Assembly: GCF_009834535.1 (NCBI RefSeq)
Contig: NC_045696.1
Coordinates: 22,446,001-22,510,000 of the forward strand
From: Camelus ferus
Taxonomy: Eukaryota
Direction: 5' to 3'
DNA length: 64,000 bases
Part shown: positions 35,155-48,041 of the stretch, piece by piece
Layout of the letters: each line of letters begins with the position of its first letter
Position numbering within the stretch: the first letter of the stretch is position 1
Position numbers and translations under genes: made by a program
Notes under the pieces: generated by a model
The model's input: only the letters and a program-made list of their open reading frames with translations
Databases searched by the model: none
What the model was told of the DNA's origin: nothing

Positions 35155-35558
35155 TGTATTGGTCAAGGTTCTCCAGAGAAACAGAATAGATATATATATA
35201 AAAATAAGAAAGGAGATTTATTATGAGGAATTGTATAACTTGATTATGGAGGCCAAGACGCCCTGTGATATGCCATCTTCAAGCTGGACACCCAGGAAAG
35301 CTGGTGGTGGTGTAATTTCACTTGCAGTCTGAAACTCTGAGACCCAGGGTATCTGACGGTGCAAGTCTCAGTCCAAAGCAGGAGAAGACCGAGGTCCCAG
35401 CTCAAGTAGGCAGGCAGGAAGGAAACAAGGCCTTCCTTTCTTTGCTTTTTGTTTCATTCAGGCCCTCAGTGGATGGGGTGATGCCCACGCACATAAGGGA
35501 GGGCAGTTCACTTACTGAGTTCACTGACTCAAATGCTAATCTTATTCAAAAACACCCT
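35155..35558 (-). mobile_element. MLT2B-like ERVL LTR
   Basis: tgtattggtcaaggttctccagagaaacagaa...gatttattatgaggaattg...ctcaaatgctaatctt...aaacaccct. Confidence 0.9.
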
Positions 35559-35559
35559 G

Positions 35560-35960
35560 GCAGAGTGTATCCTCTATCAGTTTTCAGAAGGAGTGTGTGA
35601 GAATTTAAGTTTGAGATCTGTTTATGCTTGGTATTCTGAACGTTAATGAAGAAATGTGGTGTTTTGTTTTGTTTTGATTGTTTGCTTTTCTTTATTTCTG
35701 CCCACTTAGCATGTGGTAGCCTCCTTTCAGTCTGGAGACTCTTATCTTCTGCTTTCGGAAGGATTTTTTTTTTTCCATTTTGTCTTCTCTGTTTTCTATC
35801 ACCCTCTTAGATGCATGTTGGGTGTCCAGGATCGACCCTATATAACATATAAAATTTCTTTATTATTAAATGTCTTTTCCTTATCTTTTTTACCTTTTAT
35901 TTTTCTTGGGTGTGAATGCAAATTTTCTTCTAGGTCATCTGATATTCATCTCACATTTTA
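35560..35960 (-). mobile_element. HAL1 or ancient L1 remnant
   Basis: ttggtattctgaa...cctttcagtctggagactc resembles antisense ORF1-like sequence. Confidence 0.4.
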
Positions 35961-36084
35961 TTCTCATTTTTTAAATAGCAGAACTGGTAGGAACTTAATG
36001 AACGAGTAAGGCAAACGAAGTTTACCCTATTTATGTACTTGGAACCACAGTGCTTGCAGAATGCTCATTAGATTATAATACTTG

Positions 36085-36880
36085 GGTTAAATATTCATTG
36101 ATTAAATGACCATTATGTGCTGGGCATTGTTATTGGACCTGGAGATACACTGGTGAACAGAACAAGCAAGCTCCCCTTTCTTATAACTTAAATTCTGTGC
36201 AATGGGTGGAAGGAGGGAAAAAATAAATAAATACTAAATATGTACCATCATACATGTATACACTCAGAAATATGTGTATGAAAAAAAGCTTGAACAAGTA
36301 AATAAGAAGGCATCAATCATTTCATGATAGTGCTGTGCAGAGAATTAAAATAACAGTGATGTGCTGGGGATTGGTTAGGCAGTCACTTTTGATTGCGTTG
36401 CCAGGGGCAGTCTATTTGAATAGGTGACATATAAGTTGAAATCAGAATGGATAAATAGAGAAAGAGTATTTGAGGCAGATGGGAAGAGCTTGTACAAAGC
36501 CCTAAGTCAGGAACAGAAGGAAGGCCAGAGTGGTCCAAGTCTGGTGTGTGAGAAAGTAGTATGATTGAGATCAGGAAACATCGGCAAATCCCTAGGGCTT
36601 TGTAAGCCGTGGAAGGAGTTTGGATTTTCTTTCAAGCATGATGAGAAGCCACTGGGGTATTTTAAGGAGCGTAAATGGGTGATCTGATTTGGAGTTTGGG
36701 ATGGCTGCTCCAGTTGCTGTATGAAGCATGGATCTCAGTGGAGCTATTGTGGAAGCAGAAGGATTGGCAAGAAGGCCATTGTGGAAGTCCAGGCAACACA
36801 TGGTGGTGGCTTTGCTCAGTGCTGTTGGTAGAGATGGAAATACGTGGATCCAGTGCAATTACTGAGTCCATGTAATTGTG
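36085..36880 (-). mobile_element. L2a 3' portion
   Basis: tatgtgctgggcattgtt...ggagatacactggtgaaca 3' end. ORF 36592..36858 (CLDFHNGLLA...KSDHPFTLLKIPQWL) resembles the L2 ORF2 C-terminus. Confidence 0.85.
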
Positions 36881-37244
36881 ATTTTTCAGTCTTTGCCAGT
36901 TGTTCCATAAGAAAGATTTTACTAATTTGCACTCCCTCAGTGGTATATGAGAATATATAACAATAATATAAAGTGGAAATTGGCTTAGAGATCCACGATT
37001 CAGTTTTATATAAAATGAAAACATGATCATACATATATTGGTTCAAGGTATGTTTGTTTCCTAGGAAGGAGCCACAGGTGTGTCAAGTTCTGGTAATCTA
37101 TTAGACACCACTATGTCTCAGCATTTGTTTTCTCTATGCTAATGCTCTTTTGTTTGACATCTCTCTGCAGCACCTCTCCATGTTATATATACACATGTAT
37201 ATATTCTGTTTCTTTTTTTTATCTGTCTGTCATTATTTAGTTAT

Positions 37245-38045
37245 TTTCTTATTGAAATATATTTGATGTACAATATTATGTTAGTTTCAGGTGTACTAGT
37301 GATTTGACATTGCATATATTATGAAATGATCACAGTGTAAGTCTCGTAGCCATCTGTCCCCATACAAAATTATTACAATGTTATTGACCATATTTCTAAT
37401 ATTGTATATTGTATCCCTATGGCTTATATATTTTATAACTGGAGGTTTGTATCTCTTAATCCCCTTCACCTATTTTGTACTCCCCCTCCCCTTCCCTCTG
37501 GCAATCACTTGTTTGATCTCTATATCTATCAGTCTGTTTTCATTTTGTTTGTTTCATTTTTTAGATTCCACATATAAGTGAGATCATATGGTATTTGTTT
37601 TTTTCTGACTTATTTCACGTAACATAATATCCTCTAGGTCTATTCATGGAGTAGCAAGTGGCAAGATTTCATTTTTTATGGCCGAGTAATACTCCATTGT
37701 CCATTCATCTATCATTGGACATTTACTTTGTTTCCATTTTTTGTCTGTTGTAAATAATACTGTACTGAACATGTGTACATATATCTTTTTAAATTAACAT
37801 TTTGATTTTCTTCAGGTAAATACCCTGAAGTGAAACTGCTGGATCATATGGCAGTTCTATTTTTATTTTTTGGAGGAATCTCCATACAGTTTTACATTGA
37901 TAGCTGCACCAATTTGTCTCAACAGTACATGTCTCAACAGTGCATGAGGATTCCCTTTTTCCCACATCCTCACCACTACTCATTATTTATTATCTTTTTG
38001 ATAATAGCCATTCTGACAGGTGTGAGGTGTTATCTCATTGTAGTA
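37245..38045 (-). mobile_element. L1 3' end (L1MA9-like or laurasiatherian)
   Basis: 3' UTR plus ORF2 end (ORF 37789..37983: KTVWRFLQKIKIELPYDPAV). Internal 15-bp duplication tgtctcaacagtaca/tgtctcaacagtgca. Confidence 0.9.
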
Positions 38046-39599
38046 TCTCAACACAAATTAAAAACCTCATGCTTGAACAACTGTATTAGCCCTTTACTTA
38101 ATTACCCTATGTGAATTCACAGACAGTGAATCAATATCATAATATAGACTAGCACACGTTTTGTTACATATTATCTTATCAGTAAATATTCTTTATTAAC
38201 TGGGCCATATGTTTTCCAGAAAAATAACTTTCTGTTATAACATTCCAAAGAGAATAATTTTCTTTCAAATAGATAAACAGTTATTTTAGTTTTCTTTCTT
38301 AGTATTTATGGATTTTCTAATACATTCAAGATGTCAATCATGTTTCAAGACCTTAGCTAATGAGATACCACTTCCATTTTCAATTTAGTGGTCAAAGTAA
38401 TTTTACACAAAAAATTCTAAAATAAACATGAATAGGTGGGTTTACTAATGATGTAATTTTATAAGTATAGTACCATGGAAACTAGATTTCTGCAGCTTAA
38501 GAGAATAACTCATCTTAAACTGCCTGATGAAGGTATGGTTTTTAGAATATTTAAAATAATTTCTTCAGTTCCATATGATAAAAATTCTATCTTTTTTTGC
38601 ACAAATTTTTCTGACACAACAGATGATTATACAAGGCCATTTATGTAAGTGAATTGCTCAGTGATAATATCAGCCAAAATTGTAGGTTGAGGTCAAGTGA
38701 TGTCAAGTTATTATTTAAAGAAACAAAGACAAAGGGAAAAGACAAATTGTAGAGGAGAAATTTAATACATTTTGGCAACATAAGTAGGAAGGTCAGTAAA
38801 GGACATGAAGTTAGAGTGATGTCATTATAATTGGCTTCAGTTCAGAAGTGGCAGGGTGGCAGTTAGCCAAAAAGGCACTTTGATGTTGTTTGTTTATATA
38901 TTGCTATTTAGCTATCCATATCCAGAAGTGGAGATTACAGCAGATAATTTTATGGTGGATGACTGATTATTGTGGTTATTGCCTTATTTTAATCTTTGTT
39001 TCTTAAATATAATGGCTATATTTATTTAGAGCTTTCAGTTTTAAGATGTGTTTCCACCGTGCATGCAGATCTGTAGGACCTACAATCTAGGCAGGTTAAA
39101 CTGCTGCAGAAATACTGTTTGATGTAATGATATGGATACAGATTTTGAGTTCAGACAAAAGATTTAGGGAAGATTTCCAAGATGTTTTTAAATTATGAAG
39201 TAATCAGGTCTCTTCAGTATCCTATCTTGTTTCATGTGTGGAATTTATACTCTGCCTGTAAAGAAGGAGAAAGGAGTCAGCTGGAAGGATGTTTTTTCTT
39301 TTTAGTTTCTCATTAGATTGTATTATGCACTTCCCCCCTGAAGACCACAGCCATTTAAATAGCTCTTACTCTATTGGCTTATCACATGCATTTAGCAACT
39401 GATAGCTTCCTATTGATTACAGGTTTCAGGTGCTTTTCTTACCCAGCTGGTTAACCCCGGGTGGAAGTCTTAACAATTGCATTGCTATAGTATGCCAGGG
39501 GCTCTTAGCAGTCCACCTGTCACCAGAGATGGGGTCCTCACTGCTAGCCTTCAGCAGATGATTCAGTTCTAATGTCCTGTTTTAGACCACTCCTAATTC

Positions 39600-40015
39600 T
39601 GCTGCTTTAGGTAAGAATTCCTGGAAATGGGCTTTGAGATGGAGATTTGCATGTGCAAATTTTATTATTGGTGAATATTCCCAAGAATTGGATTTGAAGG
39701 CATTGAAAGAAGTAGGATTAGGCAGAGGGAGAGACTGAAACTGTCTTGCAGTTGCAATAAAGAAGCTCTGGAGTATAAATGGCTCTTTAGAATTATCCTC
39801 AATTAAGGCATGGGGACTTATCCCCCACCCTCCCATATCCCACCCTTCTCTGCTAACCAGTCATTGAATGTCGACTGCCCTTGGGGAGGGGCATGACTTT
39901 GATTTATGTGGCTCTCAGATTCCAGGAGAGGAACTCAGCTATATTCTTAGAAGCTGAGGTGTGAGTGCCTTGGTCCAGAAGGATGTTTGTGAATGGCATG
40001 CCCCTGATCCACTCC
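39600..40015 (-). mobile_element. LTR16C-like ERVL LTR
   Basis: tgagatggagatttgcatgtgca...gtaggattaggcagagggaga...ccagtcattgaatgtcgactgccc...ggggcatgactttg. Confidence 0.75.
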
Positions 40016-41684
40016 ATTAGATCCCAGGCAAGTAATTTCTCCCTCTTTAACCTTTAAATATGAATGTTACCCATGGTTCTGCCTTTTTCTCTTACCTTCT
40101 GTAACTCTCCACTTTGCACCTTTGCTGCTTCATCCAATTCCATTGTTTCAACATGACCCATACAGTAATTTCTAATTGGTCTTTAGATATAGTGGGCCAT
40201 CTTCACAAGGAATATCCTACAGGCTTCTCACTTCCTAGCCCAAACTGAATCACTATGTATATGGTGAAGTTCACCTTGAATAGTCACAAACTGGGAAGCA
40301 AAAATATAACTTTATGTTCTATGATATCTCATTTTTTCTCCAAAAGACAGCATAATTGTTGGGAAAACATTAATTTCAAACTTACCTTTCAAACTCAGAA
40401 TCTATGGACCAGGGTACACACCCTAAGTAAATCCCCGAGATCTTCATTAATTGTTTACTTATTAAATAAAATTTTAAATTAACTATGTGGAATAGTGTTT
40501 TTCCACATTTCCATAATAAGAATTAGTGGGTGCCTGGAGATTAGTTAATTCTGCTGATTAACAGAGTCAGCTTGGAATGGATTAGTACTTTGGAACTTTT
40601 TATTTTTATAAATACCTACAGATGATTATCTTCATCAAAGAAATTTGGGAAACAGTGATTTGAAACATGCTTTTCACTTTAATTTGTAGATAAATTAAGT
40701 CTTAAATTGCTGATCCCAGAATGACCTGACTGAAAAGTCTTATCCAGTCCAGTTTTAGGAAAGGAAAGGAAAGTAAGCTTTCTGAACATTTGGTTTGATA
40801 AATAAATATGTCGTTCTGGTTGTTTCCTAGAAGACGCTGTTCCTTGTTTCCATTTCTGGCCCAGTTCTTCTCCATCACATTTTCTTTGAAGGGTCCAGCT
40901 TCGTTAAGTTGAAGCATAGCAATCCAATGAAATCACTGAAAAAGATTGGCTCCTGAGTAAAGGATTGCTCTTTTGGGTAACCTTTGCTTTCTCTCTCCTG
41001 TTCCTTTCTCTTCTGAAACTTGTTAGGAAGCTAGAGTGCTTGTATAGACTTAATATGCTGACCTTTCTACCTTAAATCTCATATTGATGACTCTATGTAT
41101 GCCAACCTGGTTCTCATAGTTTTCTTTAACAGGTCCGACTCCCTTTGGCATTCTAGTTAAGATACCTCTTTCTTCCAAGGTCATTATTAGATACGTAGTT
41201 GATGACGTAGGAATCATGGAAGATGTCTCACCCTCCTGCCTGAGTTCACCATTGACCTACAGCCTGAATTTCAGTTCATGAGAGTCAGGGATTTTCTCTT
41301 TGGACATGAATGTGCAGATAGGACAGACGGCCGTGAAGCTCTTAACCAGAGCTTGCTCTTGTCCTGCGTGTCTCTGGCAGTCATGTCCAGGCTTAGGGCA
41401 TAGCTGGCCACATCGGCTAAGTCCATATGTTGACTCTGTCACTGTTTATTTATTCCTATTTGGGCTTAAATGAAGTCCTCCTAATGGATGCACATATTCT
41501 TTCGTTTCTGTCTCTAATCCATAGTCCTTATTGCTATTTGAGTTATATTTCTAAAACAATCAAGCAAAAAAAAACTAATTATGTTACTCTTTACTTAAAT
41601 TCTCTTATTATATGTGTAGTTTACTGCACAGAAATTATACCACAATAAAAGTGTTAAAAAAAAAAAAAGAAAATAAGACATTGA

Positions 41685-41798
41685 GTGGGGAAAGTGGTAC
41701 AGCTCAGCAGTAGAGCACATGCTTAGCATGCATGAGGTCCTGGGTTCAATCCCCAGTACTTACATTCAATATAAAAATAATAACTATAATGAAATAAA
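41685..41798 (+). mobile_element. tRNA-Ala-derived SINE
   Basis: cagctcagcagtagagcacatgcttagcatgcatgaggtcctgggttcaatccccagtac with B-box GGTTCAATCC. TSD aagaaaataagacattga / aagaaaatgagatattga. Confidence 0.9.
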
Positions 41799-42936
41799 AA
41801 GAAAATGAGATATTGAAACTTGACAATTTTCTGAGAGTTTTTAGGAAACTTTATAGATTTGGACACTTTAAAAAAGCTGTAGTTGTATTCCCCAACGTAT
41901 AGCTTTCTTTCCTTTGATTGTGTCATTTAATCTTCTAAAACATAAAAAAGAATTCTCTTGTTAGTTACCTTTTGATAATAGGATGAAGATTATATGCCTT
42001 CCCAAGGCTTATAGGACTTACTACAATCTGGGGTCAGTCTTTATTGGTTCCATTGGTACAATTTTTGTTTCTGTTTCCTTTTGGCCAAAATTTCTCTCCC
42101 TGTATACATATTAATACCCTTTTCTTTAATGATTTAGACTTCTCAAAATTTCTTGAATGTATTGTATTATTTTATGTCTCTTTTATTCATTTATATTTTT
42201 GCCAGAATGCTCAATCTACCACCACCATCTTTCACTGTTAATTTCCCATATATTCTTCGAGACTCCAAATACTGTCTCCTTGGTGATGCTTTTCCCAGTT
42301 TTTCCTCTGAGAGAGTTGGTGGCTTTTTCCTCAGTGCATCTTTAGCATATTCTACATGCCTTTGCTGTAGTTACCACTAATTCATCTTGTAATGACAGTA
42401 GAGTCATATCAGATAGGCGTTTAACTTACACAAATTCAGTTGCATCTATTCCTTTCTTTGTGAGATGAATAAATTTAAAAAATGGGGCAAAAGTGTAGAC
42501 CTCAGGCTGTGGATATATTCAAATCTCAAAAAGGTCTGAACATACTAAAGAGAGCTGTGAATTCTATTCAGGATTTTCTCTCTTCCATCTTTGGCAAAGA
42601 AGAGAAACATAATTTATGTTGTTGGGCAGGCAGTTGAAGATGGCTTCCCCAAAGTGGTGTAGGAATAAATATTGTACTGAGAACAATTCAGAAACATTGA
42701 TTAGAAGAGTGTTAGAAAGAGATAAAAATAGCCTCCATAAAATGAAAATGATTATAAGAAACAGGAAGTGCTAATAAGTTGATATTTATGTAAATTTGCT
42801 AAAGCTTTTCAAGGTGTAAAACATGCTATAATTTCTGAATATGATCTTGCTAAGGAAATAGATGTTTTACATTATTGAATGTATAGCACATTTATATACA
42901 TGTTACAGAATAACGTTGTATATATAAAGCCACATA

Positions 42937-43153
42937 CAGCTGACTCTTAAGCAACCCAGATCTTAACTGCACAGGTCAACTTACATGTGGATTTTTTTCA
43001 GTAATAAATACTGCAGTACTGTATGCGCCATGGTTGGTTGAATTTGTGGACATGGAACTGCTGATATGGAGGGCAGACTCTAAGTTACACGTGGATTTTC
43101 AACTGCGTGCAAGGTCGGCGCCCCTGACCCATGTGTTACTCAAGGGTCAACTG
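42937..43153. mobile_element. Tigger2-derived MITE (Tigger2a-like, TcMar)
   Basis: TIRs CAGCTGACTCTTAAGCAAC / GTTACTCAAGGGTCAACTG with TA on both sides (42935-36 and 43154-55). Confidence 0.9.
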
Positions 43154-43731
43154 TACGCTGTATTTTACAGCAAATTTAGGGATTTTTACGTGTGACTTTA
43201 TCATACACAACTGTGACGTATGCTATGGCTATGACTTTAAAATGAATAAATGTAGTCTACAAGTTGATGTATTAGTCTTACTTCTTTCTTTATTTTCCAA
43301 TTCCCAAGCTCCACTGTCTTCAACTAAGGAATACATTTTGCTGGTAGTGGGCACATGCCAAGATCTCAAAGTGGAGACTTTTAAAAATACCTCAAAATAC
43401 TAAGACTTCTCAAGGATTTTGATATGTACCCTTGAAGAGTAGGGCAGTAGTCACAGAAATCATTGAGTGTAAAGAGACATGTTGCTGACGGAACAGTTGT
43501 TTTACATGTAAATCGTACGTTGTGAGAGGGAAAAGGCTGAAAGGTGAAAGGAAACACAGGGTTATGTGACTGTGGAGGGGCTATAACTTGTCCTTTGTAA
43601 TTCTTTTTCTCAGCACCAATCGTGGAAACAAGCACAGAGGAAATATACAATAACTATTTATTTATTTATGCTCTTTGGATTTATTTTTGTACTAGGGAAA
43701 CAAACCTGAAGTCAGGATGTGTTTACACAGG

Positions 43732-44200
43732 GTGACAGCTAATTTTATGTGACAGCTGGGCTAAGGCATGTCCAAATAGCTGGTAAATATTATTTCTGGG
43801 TGTGTCTGTGAGGGTGTTTCTGGAGGAGATCAGCGTTTGAATCAGCACGGAGTACAGGTCTGCAGTCGCCAATGTGAGGGCTCAACCTGCTGAGGGCAGA
43901 AAGGCGGAGGAAGGGCGATTTCTCTATCTTCTTAGAGCTGGGACTCCCACCTTCTTCTGCCCTCTGACATTGGACATCCTGGTTCTCAGGCCTTCTGATT
44001 ATGGGACTGACACCCGTGTCTCCCCTCCTCCTCACCCCCAGGCTTTTGCCTCGAACTGAATCTTACCACTGACATTCTTGCTTCTCTAGCTTGCGGATGG
44101 CAGATCCTAGGCTTCCATAATCACGACAGTCAATTCCTATAAAAAAATCTCCTCTGTATATCTTACTGGTACTATTTCTCTGGAGAGTCCTAATGCTCAC
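43732..44200 (+). mobile_element. MLT2B-like ERVL solo LTR
   Basis: taattttatgtgacagctgg...tattatttctgggtgtgtctgtgagggtgtttctggaggagatcagcgtttgaatcag...tttctctggagagtcctaatgctcaca. Confidence 0.9.
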
Positions 44201-44884
44201 ACCTTGAGTTGAACGTGTTGTCTCAGTTGGACCATTGACTATTGGCACTGCTTACTCTTGCTCAAAGAACATGATTGCTTATTTAATTGGAGGAGAGGAG
44301 TGTCCTCAGGATGTTGCCTGAAATGTCCCTTTTCTTCTTTCCTTACTGGAATTTGTCTATTTACAGCTCTTTTTTCTTTTTTTAAACAAAATTTATTTTT
44401 CTTTTAAAAAATTTCCCCCTCTCCTGTTTCCAGATCTCTGGCCAGCTGACTGAAATGAATAGTAACACTGCTTCCACTAGTCCTGCTCTGTCTTTAGAAA
44501 CAGCCCTGTGATGTGATTCTCTGCTCTTTTTTAGGGAGAACCTCCACCATCAGGCTTTCTCAGCTAACCTGTAATCATCCTGGTGGTTGTCCTGGGCACC
44601 CTCTGCACATTTTCCATGTCAGCCTCTGGTTTTGGTCTATCAGATGGATATTAGGATGTGGGAGGATTATACGCTTTAATGTCTACTATGGAGCTATCAT
44701 ATTATAGAACTTTCTTTAAAAGTCTGTCGTATTATTTCTAATCTATTTTTCTCATGTCTTTCCTCACCTAAGTGTACAAATCTTCTTTTGTTTCTATTAA
44801 AATACATCTTACTTCGATCTGTATGCACAACTTATTTTCCACCTGTAAACACAATGAACATCATCCCTCACGTGATAGGGAGTC

Positions 44885-45090
44885 CAGGAGCAGCAAACGC
44901 AGTTACTCTGCGGGCCGTTTGGGGAACAACCGTGTGTGAAGCTGCCGGATGTGAGAAAATAGAGTGATGTTGGCGCTTAGGAAAGGGAAGTGCCTGCTTT
45001 GCCTAAAGGTATTAAAATTTAACTTAAAAATGTTTCTCTGACAAAAGTCAATTTAAAAATTGTCTACAGGCCGGATTCAGTCCCTGTTTT
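44885..45090. mobile_element. Probable hAT-Charlie-derived fragment
   Basis: Ends caggagcagcaaac and caggccggattcagtcc resemble MER102/MER58-group termini. Confidence 0.4.
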
Positions 45091-45139
45091 AAATCATTGA
45101 CAAAAACCATTAATAATATGGAGGCTCTATTGACACTTT

Positions 45140-45425
45140 TGCTCATTTATTCATTTAACAGACATTTACCGAATGCTGGACAATTCCACATGCCCATTTG
45201 GAGCACTGTGCCACTAATACCAATGCTAAACCACCAACAGTAACACTAAGACTAATACTAAGAATTTGTCCCTGACTCTCAGGTTCTTTGGATCTAGTAA
45301 AACAAGCAGAAAAATAAATGCCTAATCATAGAACTGTGTGATCGATGCAGTGAAGGTGTGGGTTCCCAGAGGGCTTGGAAACTTAGAAGAGGGGGTGGTG
45401 ATGCTTGAGGACTCAGTGCTTAACA
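45140..45425 (-). mobile_element. L2 3' fragment
   Basis: ctcatttattcatttaacagacatttaccgaatgct is an L2 tail. Confidence 0.65.
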
Positions 45426-46704
45426 GGAGAGCCAATCTCTTGCTTAAATCTCAAAAAATAAATTTATGGACTTGGGAATGTGGGAGAAAGTAGTTCAGTA
45501 GGCAGGAAACAGATTTTGACAATCAGCAGTACAAAGAGTGATTTTTTAAAAGAAAGATTTATATATTTAGAAATATTTGTTACATCCATTAAGATTGGTA
45601 AAATGAAAAAGAAAAAGTATTCCTCATAATGCTGGGGATAGTTCATTGTAGGTTACGTTATGCTAAGAACTTTTAAAAAAAAGAATTGTTTTTCCAGAGC
45701 TAACCATAAGTAAGGTTAAATACTGGTCTTTCTGCAATACCAGGAAATGCTAACTGGTGGGCCAAGGGGAAGAAAGTGAAGAGATGCATCCTGTTTTCTA
45801 ATGCACATTTATGCATTAAGTGCCCCCCTTTTCCTGTTTTTATTCTTATAATTATTAACATTCTGTGAACAGTGTTCTGTGGAACAGTGATAGATAAGGT
45901 GCTGATTTGTGCTAAAATAACAGTTATTGAAAAGTGAAAAGTTACGGTCATCCAGGGATATTTGGGCTGTCCTGGACCATACAAAAGTCCACTTAAAAAA
46001 TTTTTTTTGTTGTTGTTTGATAGTCCACTTTTAATTCTTTCTTCTTGTTCTGCTATTAGTAAAAACGTATTGAGCACTTTACCAGTTCATTCTACCACTG
46101 AATTAACTTTTTATTGAAGGAATTTAATGGACTAGTTGATTTTGAAATGACATAGTCCCCCATCTGTTATACATAAAGCCAAATGAAAGGTAGTTGCAAA
46201 GATTACACAATAGTGTTAGAACAATGATTAATTGTGCCCCAGTGTTACTAGAAGGAGGATCAGGTGATGTCTTGTTAGATGATTAGTGTTCCAAAAAATA
46301 TAAATAAAAAAAGAGATATTGCTGAGTATTGTCGAATATCCATTCAGTGAAATGAAGGTAGGTCTCTGCCTGCCAACTGAAAAAGTGCGTAATTGTTAAG
46401 GAATCACTAAGAAAATAACAGATGAGTCTTCAGGGTGGCAGGGGCTTCCAAATAGAGCTAAAAGGAATTTTAAGAAGTAGAATAAGAGGTAATTGCTTTC
46501 TTTTAACTTTAGTAAGCACTTTTCAGTCTCTTTTCCATGTAATCTGTTACAACATTGTGTAGATGATTAGGGTTGGGACTTAACCTATAAAGTCTGTTTT
46601 CAATAAGAGCAACATCTAAGTCACAAGCACACTTGCTGACTCACGTTCTGAAAGCTCTGTCAAGAAAAGCAAGCAAGACTCCCTAGAGACTTCTTATGTG
46701 ATCT

Positions 46705-47192
46705 GTGGTTGCTGATCTGTGTAATTGTGTCTTTCAAAAAGATACGTCCCTTGGTATATCTGAGTATGACCTTATTTAGAAATCAGGTCTTTGCAGATAT
46801 AATTAAATTAAGGACCTTAGGTTGAGATTATTCTGGACTTAGAGTGGGCCCTGAACTAAATGACAGGTGCCCTTATAAGGGACAGGGGAGGAAGATTTGA
46901 GATACACAGAAACTCAGAGGTGAACACCCTGAGGGAAAGATCACATGAAGATAGAGCCAAAGACAGGAGGAATGTATCTACACCTGAGGAATGTCAGGAC
47001 TCTCACAGCCCCCAGAAGCTAGGAGAGGGGCATGAAACAGATTCTCCCTCGGAGCCTAGAAGGAACCAACCAGCTGACACCTCGATTTGTGACTCCTGGC
47101 CTCCATGTGAAAGAATAAATTTCTGTTGTTTTAAGCAAGTTTATGATATTTGTTATGATATTTATTGGTATATTCCAGAAACACAAAGTACT
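46705..47192 (+). mobile_element. MaLR solo LTR (MLT1C/D-like)
   Basis: tatgaccttatttagaaatcaggtctttgcagat...cagaagctaggagagggg...gaataaatttctgttgttttaagc. Confidence 0.88.
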
Positions 47193-47424
47193 CATACTTT
47201 TCTCCCAAGGTATATACTATTATATTTTTGAATTCACATTTCAAGTGGGTTGAGCATGGAATTGAAGTATCGCCTTATTTTACCAGGAGTATTATACTTT
47301 CAATATTAGAAGAAATATAAGATACGAAAGAGTTATGAATGCGTAGCTAATGAGAGGTACTGCAAAACCAAGTCAAATGCCTTGGTCATCTTTTCCTTTG
47401 TTTATGAACCACTAATTGTGCCTC

Positions 47425-47445
47425 AGACATGTTTCAGACATGTCC
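47425..47445. promoter_or_regulatory. Candidate p53/p63/p73 response element
   Basis: AGACATGTTT-c-AGACATGTCC: two exact RRRCWWGYYY half-sites with a 1-bp spacer. Function untested. Confidence 0.45.
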
Positions 47446-47854
47446 TTTTCTAGAATGGGTTTGTATTTGAATTAAAAAAACTCATTGTGCTTAATCTGTC
47501 CTGTAATACATATAGATTATGCTATACTACTTCGTAATTTTTACAATTATTTCAAAGTGTCCCCAAGAGTTTCTCAAAATGTTTCTTTTGCCAAAGGGTA
47601 TTTACTTGCAAAAACATTTGTAACTGTATACAGTCACAAAGGTTTGCAGCTGAAGAGATTTTCACAGATGATGTAATACAATGACTCCCCACATTTTCTC
47701 CACTGGAACAGATATCAAGGATGATCATGTTTGGACTTTAGAACACTCATCAGCACATTCTGATTTGTGAAATGCCAGAGTTCTGCAAGGAAATAAAGCA
47801 TATAGAACTACAGACTTTTTTTTAAACCCCAACTAGCTTTATCTTTACCTTTTA

Positions 47855-48041
47855 TTTTTATTTATTTATTTATTTATATTAGGTTTATTTATTTATTTTG
47901 TTTTGTTTTGTTATTTTTTGGGGTGGGAAATACTTAGATTTATTTATTTATTTACTTCTTAGAGGAGGTGCTGGGGATTGAACCCAGGACCTCATGCACG
48001 CTAAGCATGTGCTCTTCCACTTTGAGCTATACCCTCCCCCC
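47855..48041 (-). mobile_element. Full-length tRNA-Ala-derived SINE
   Basis: Reverse complement reads GGGAGGGTATAGCTCAAAGTGGAAGAGCACATGCTTAGCGTGCATGAGGTCCTGGGTTCAATCCCCAGCACCTCC. TSD ttatctttacctttta / ttatcttttcctttta. Confidence 0.92.

Noticed and set aside
41688..41762. tRNA-Ala-like sequences here and at ~17.7, 32.7 and 48.0 kb as tRNA genes
   Set aside because: They have A-rich tails, TSDs and degenerate stems, so they are SINE heads.
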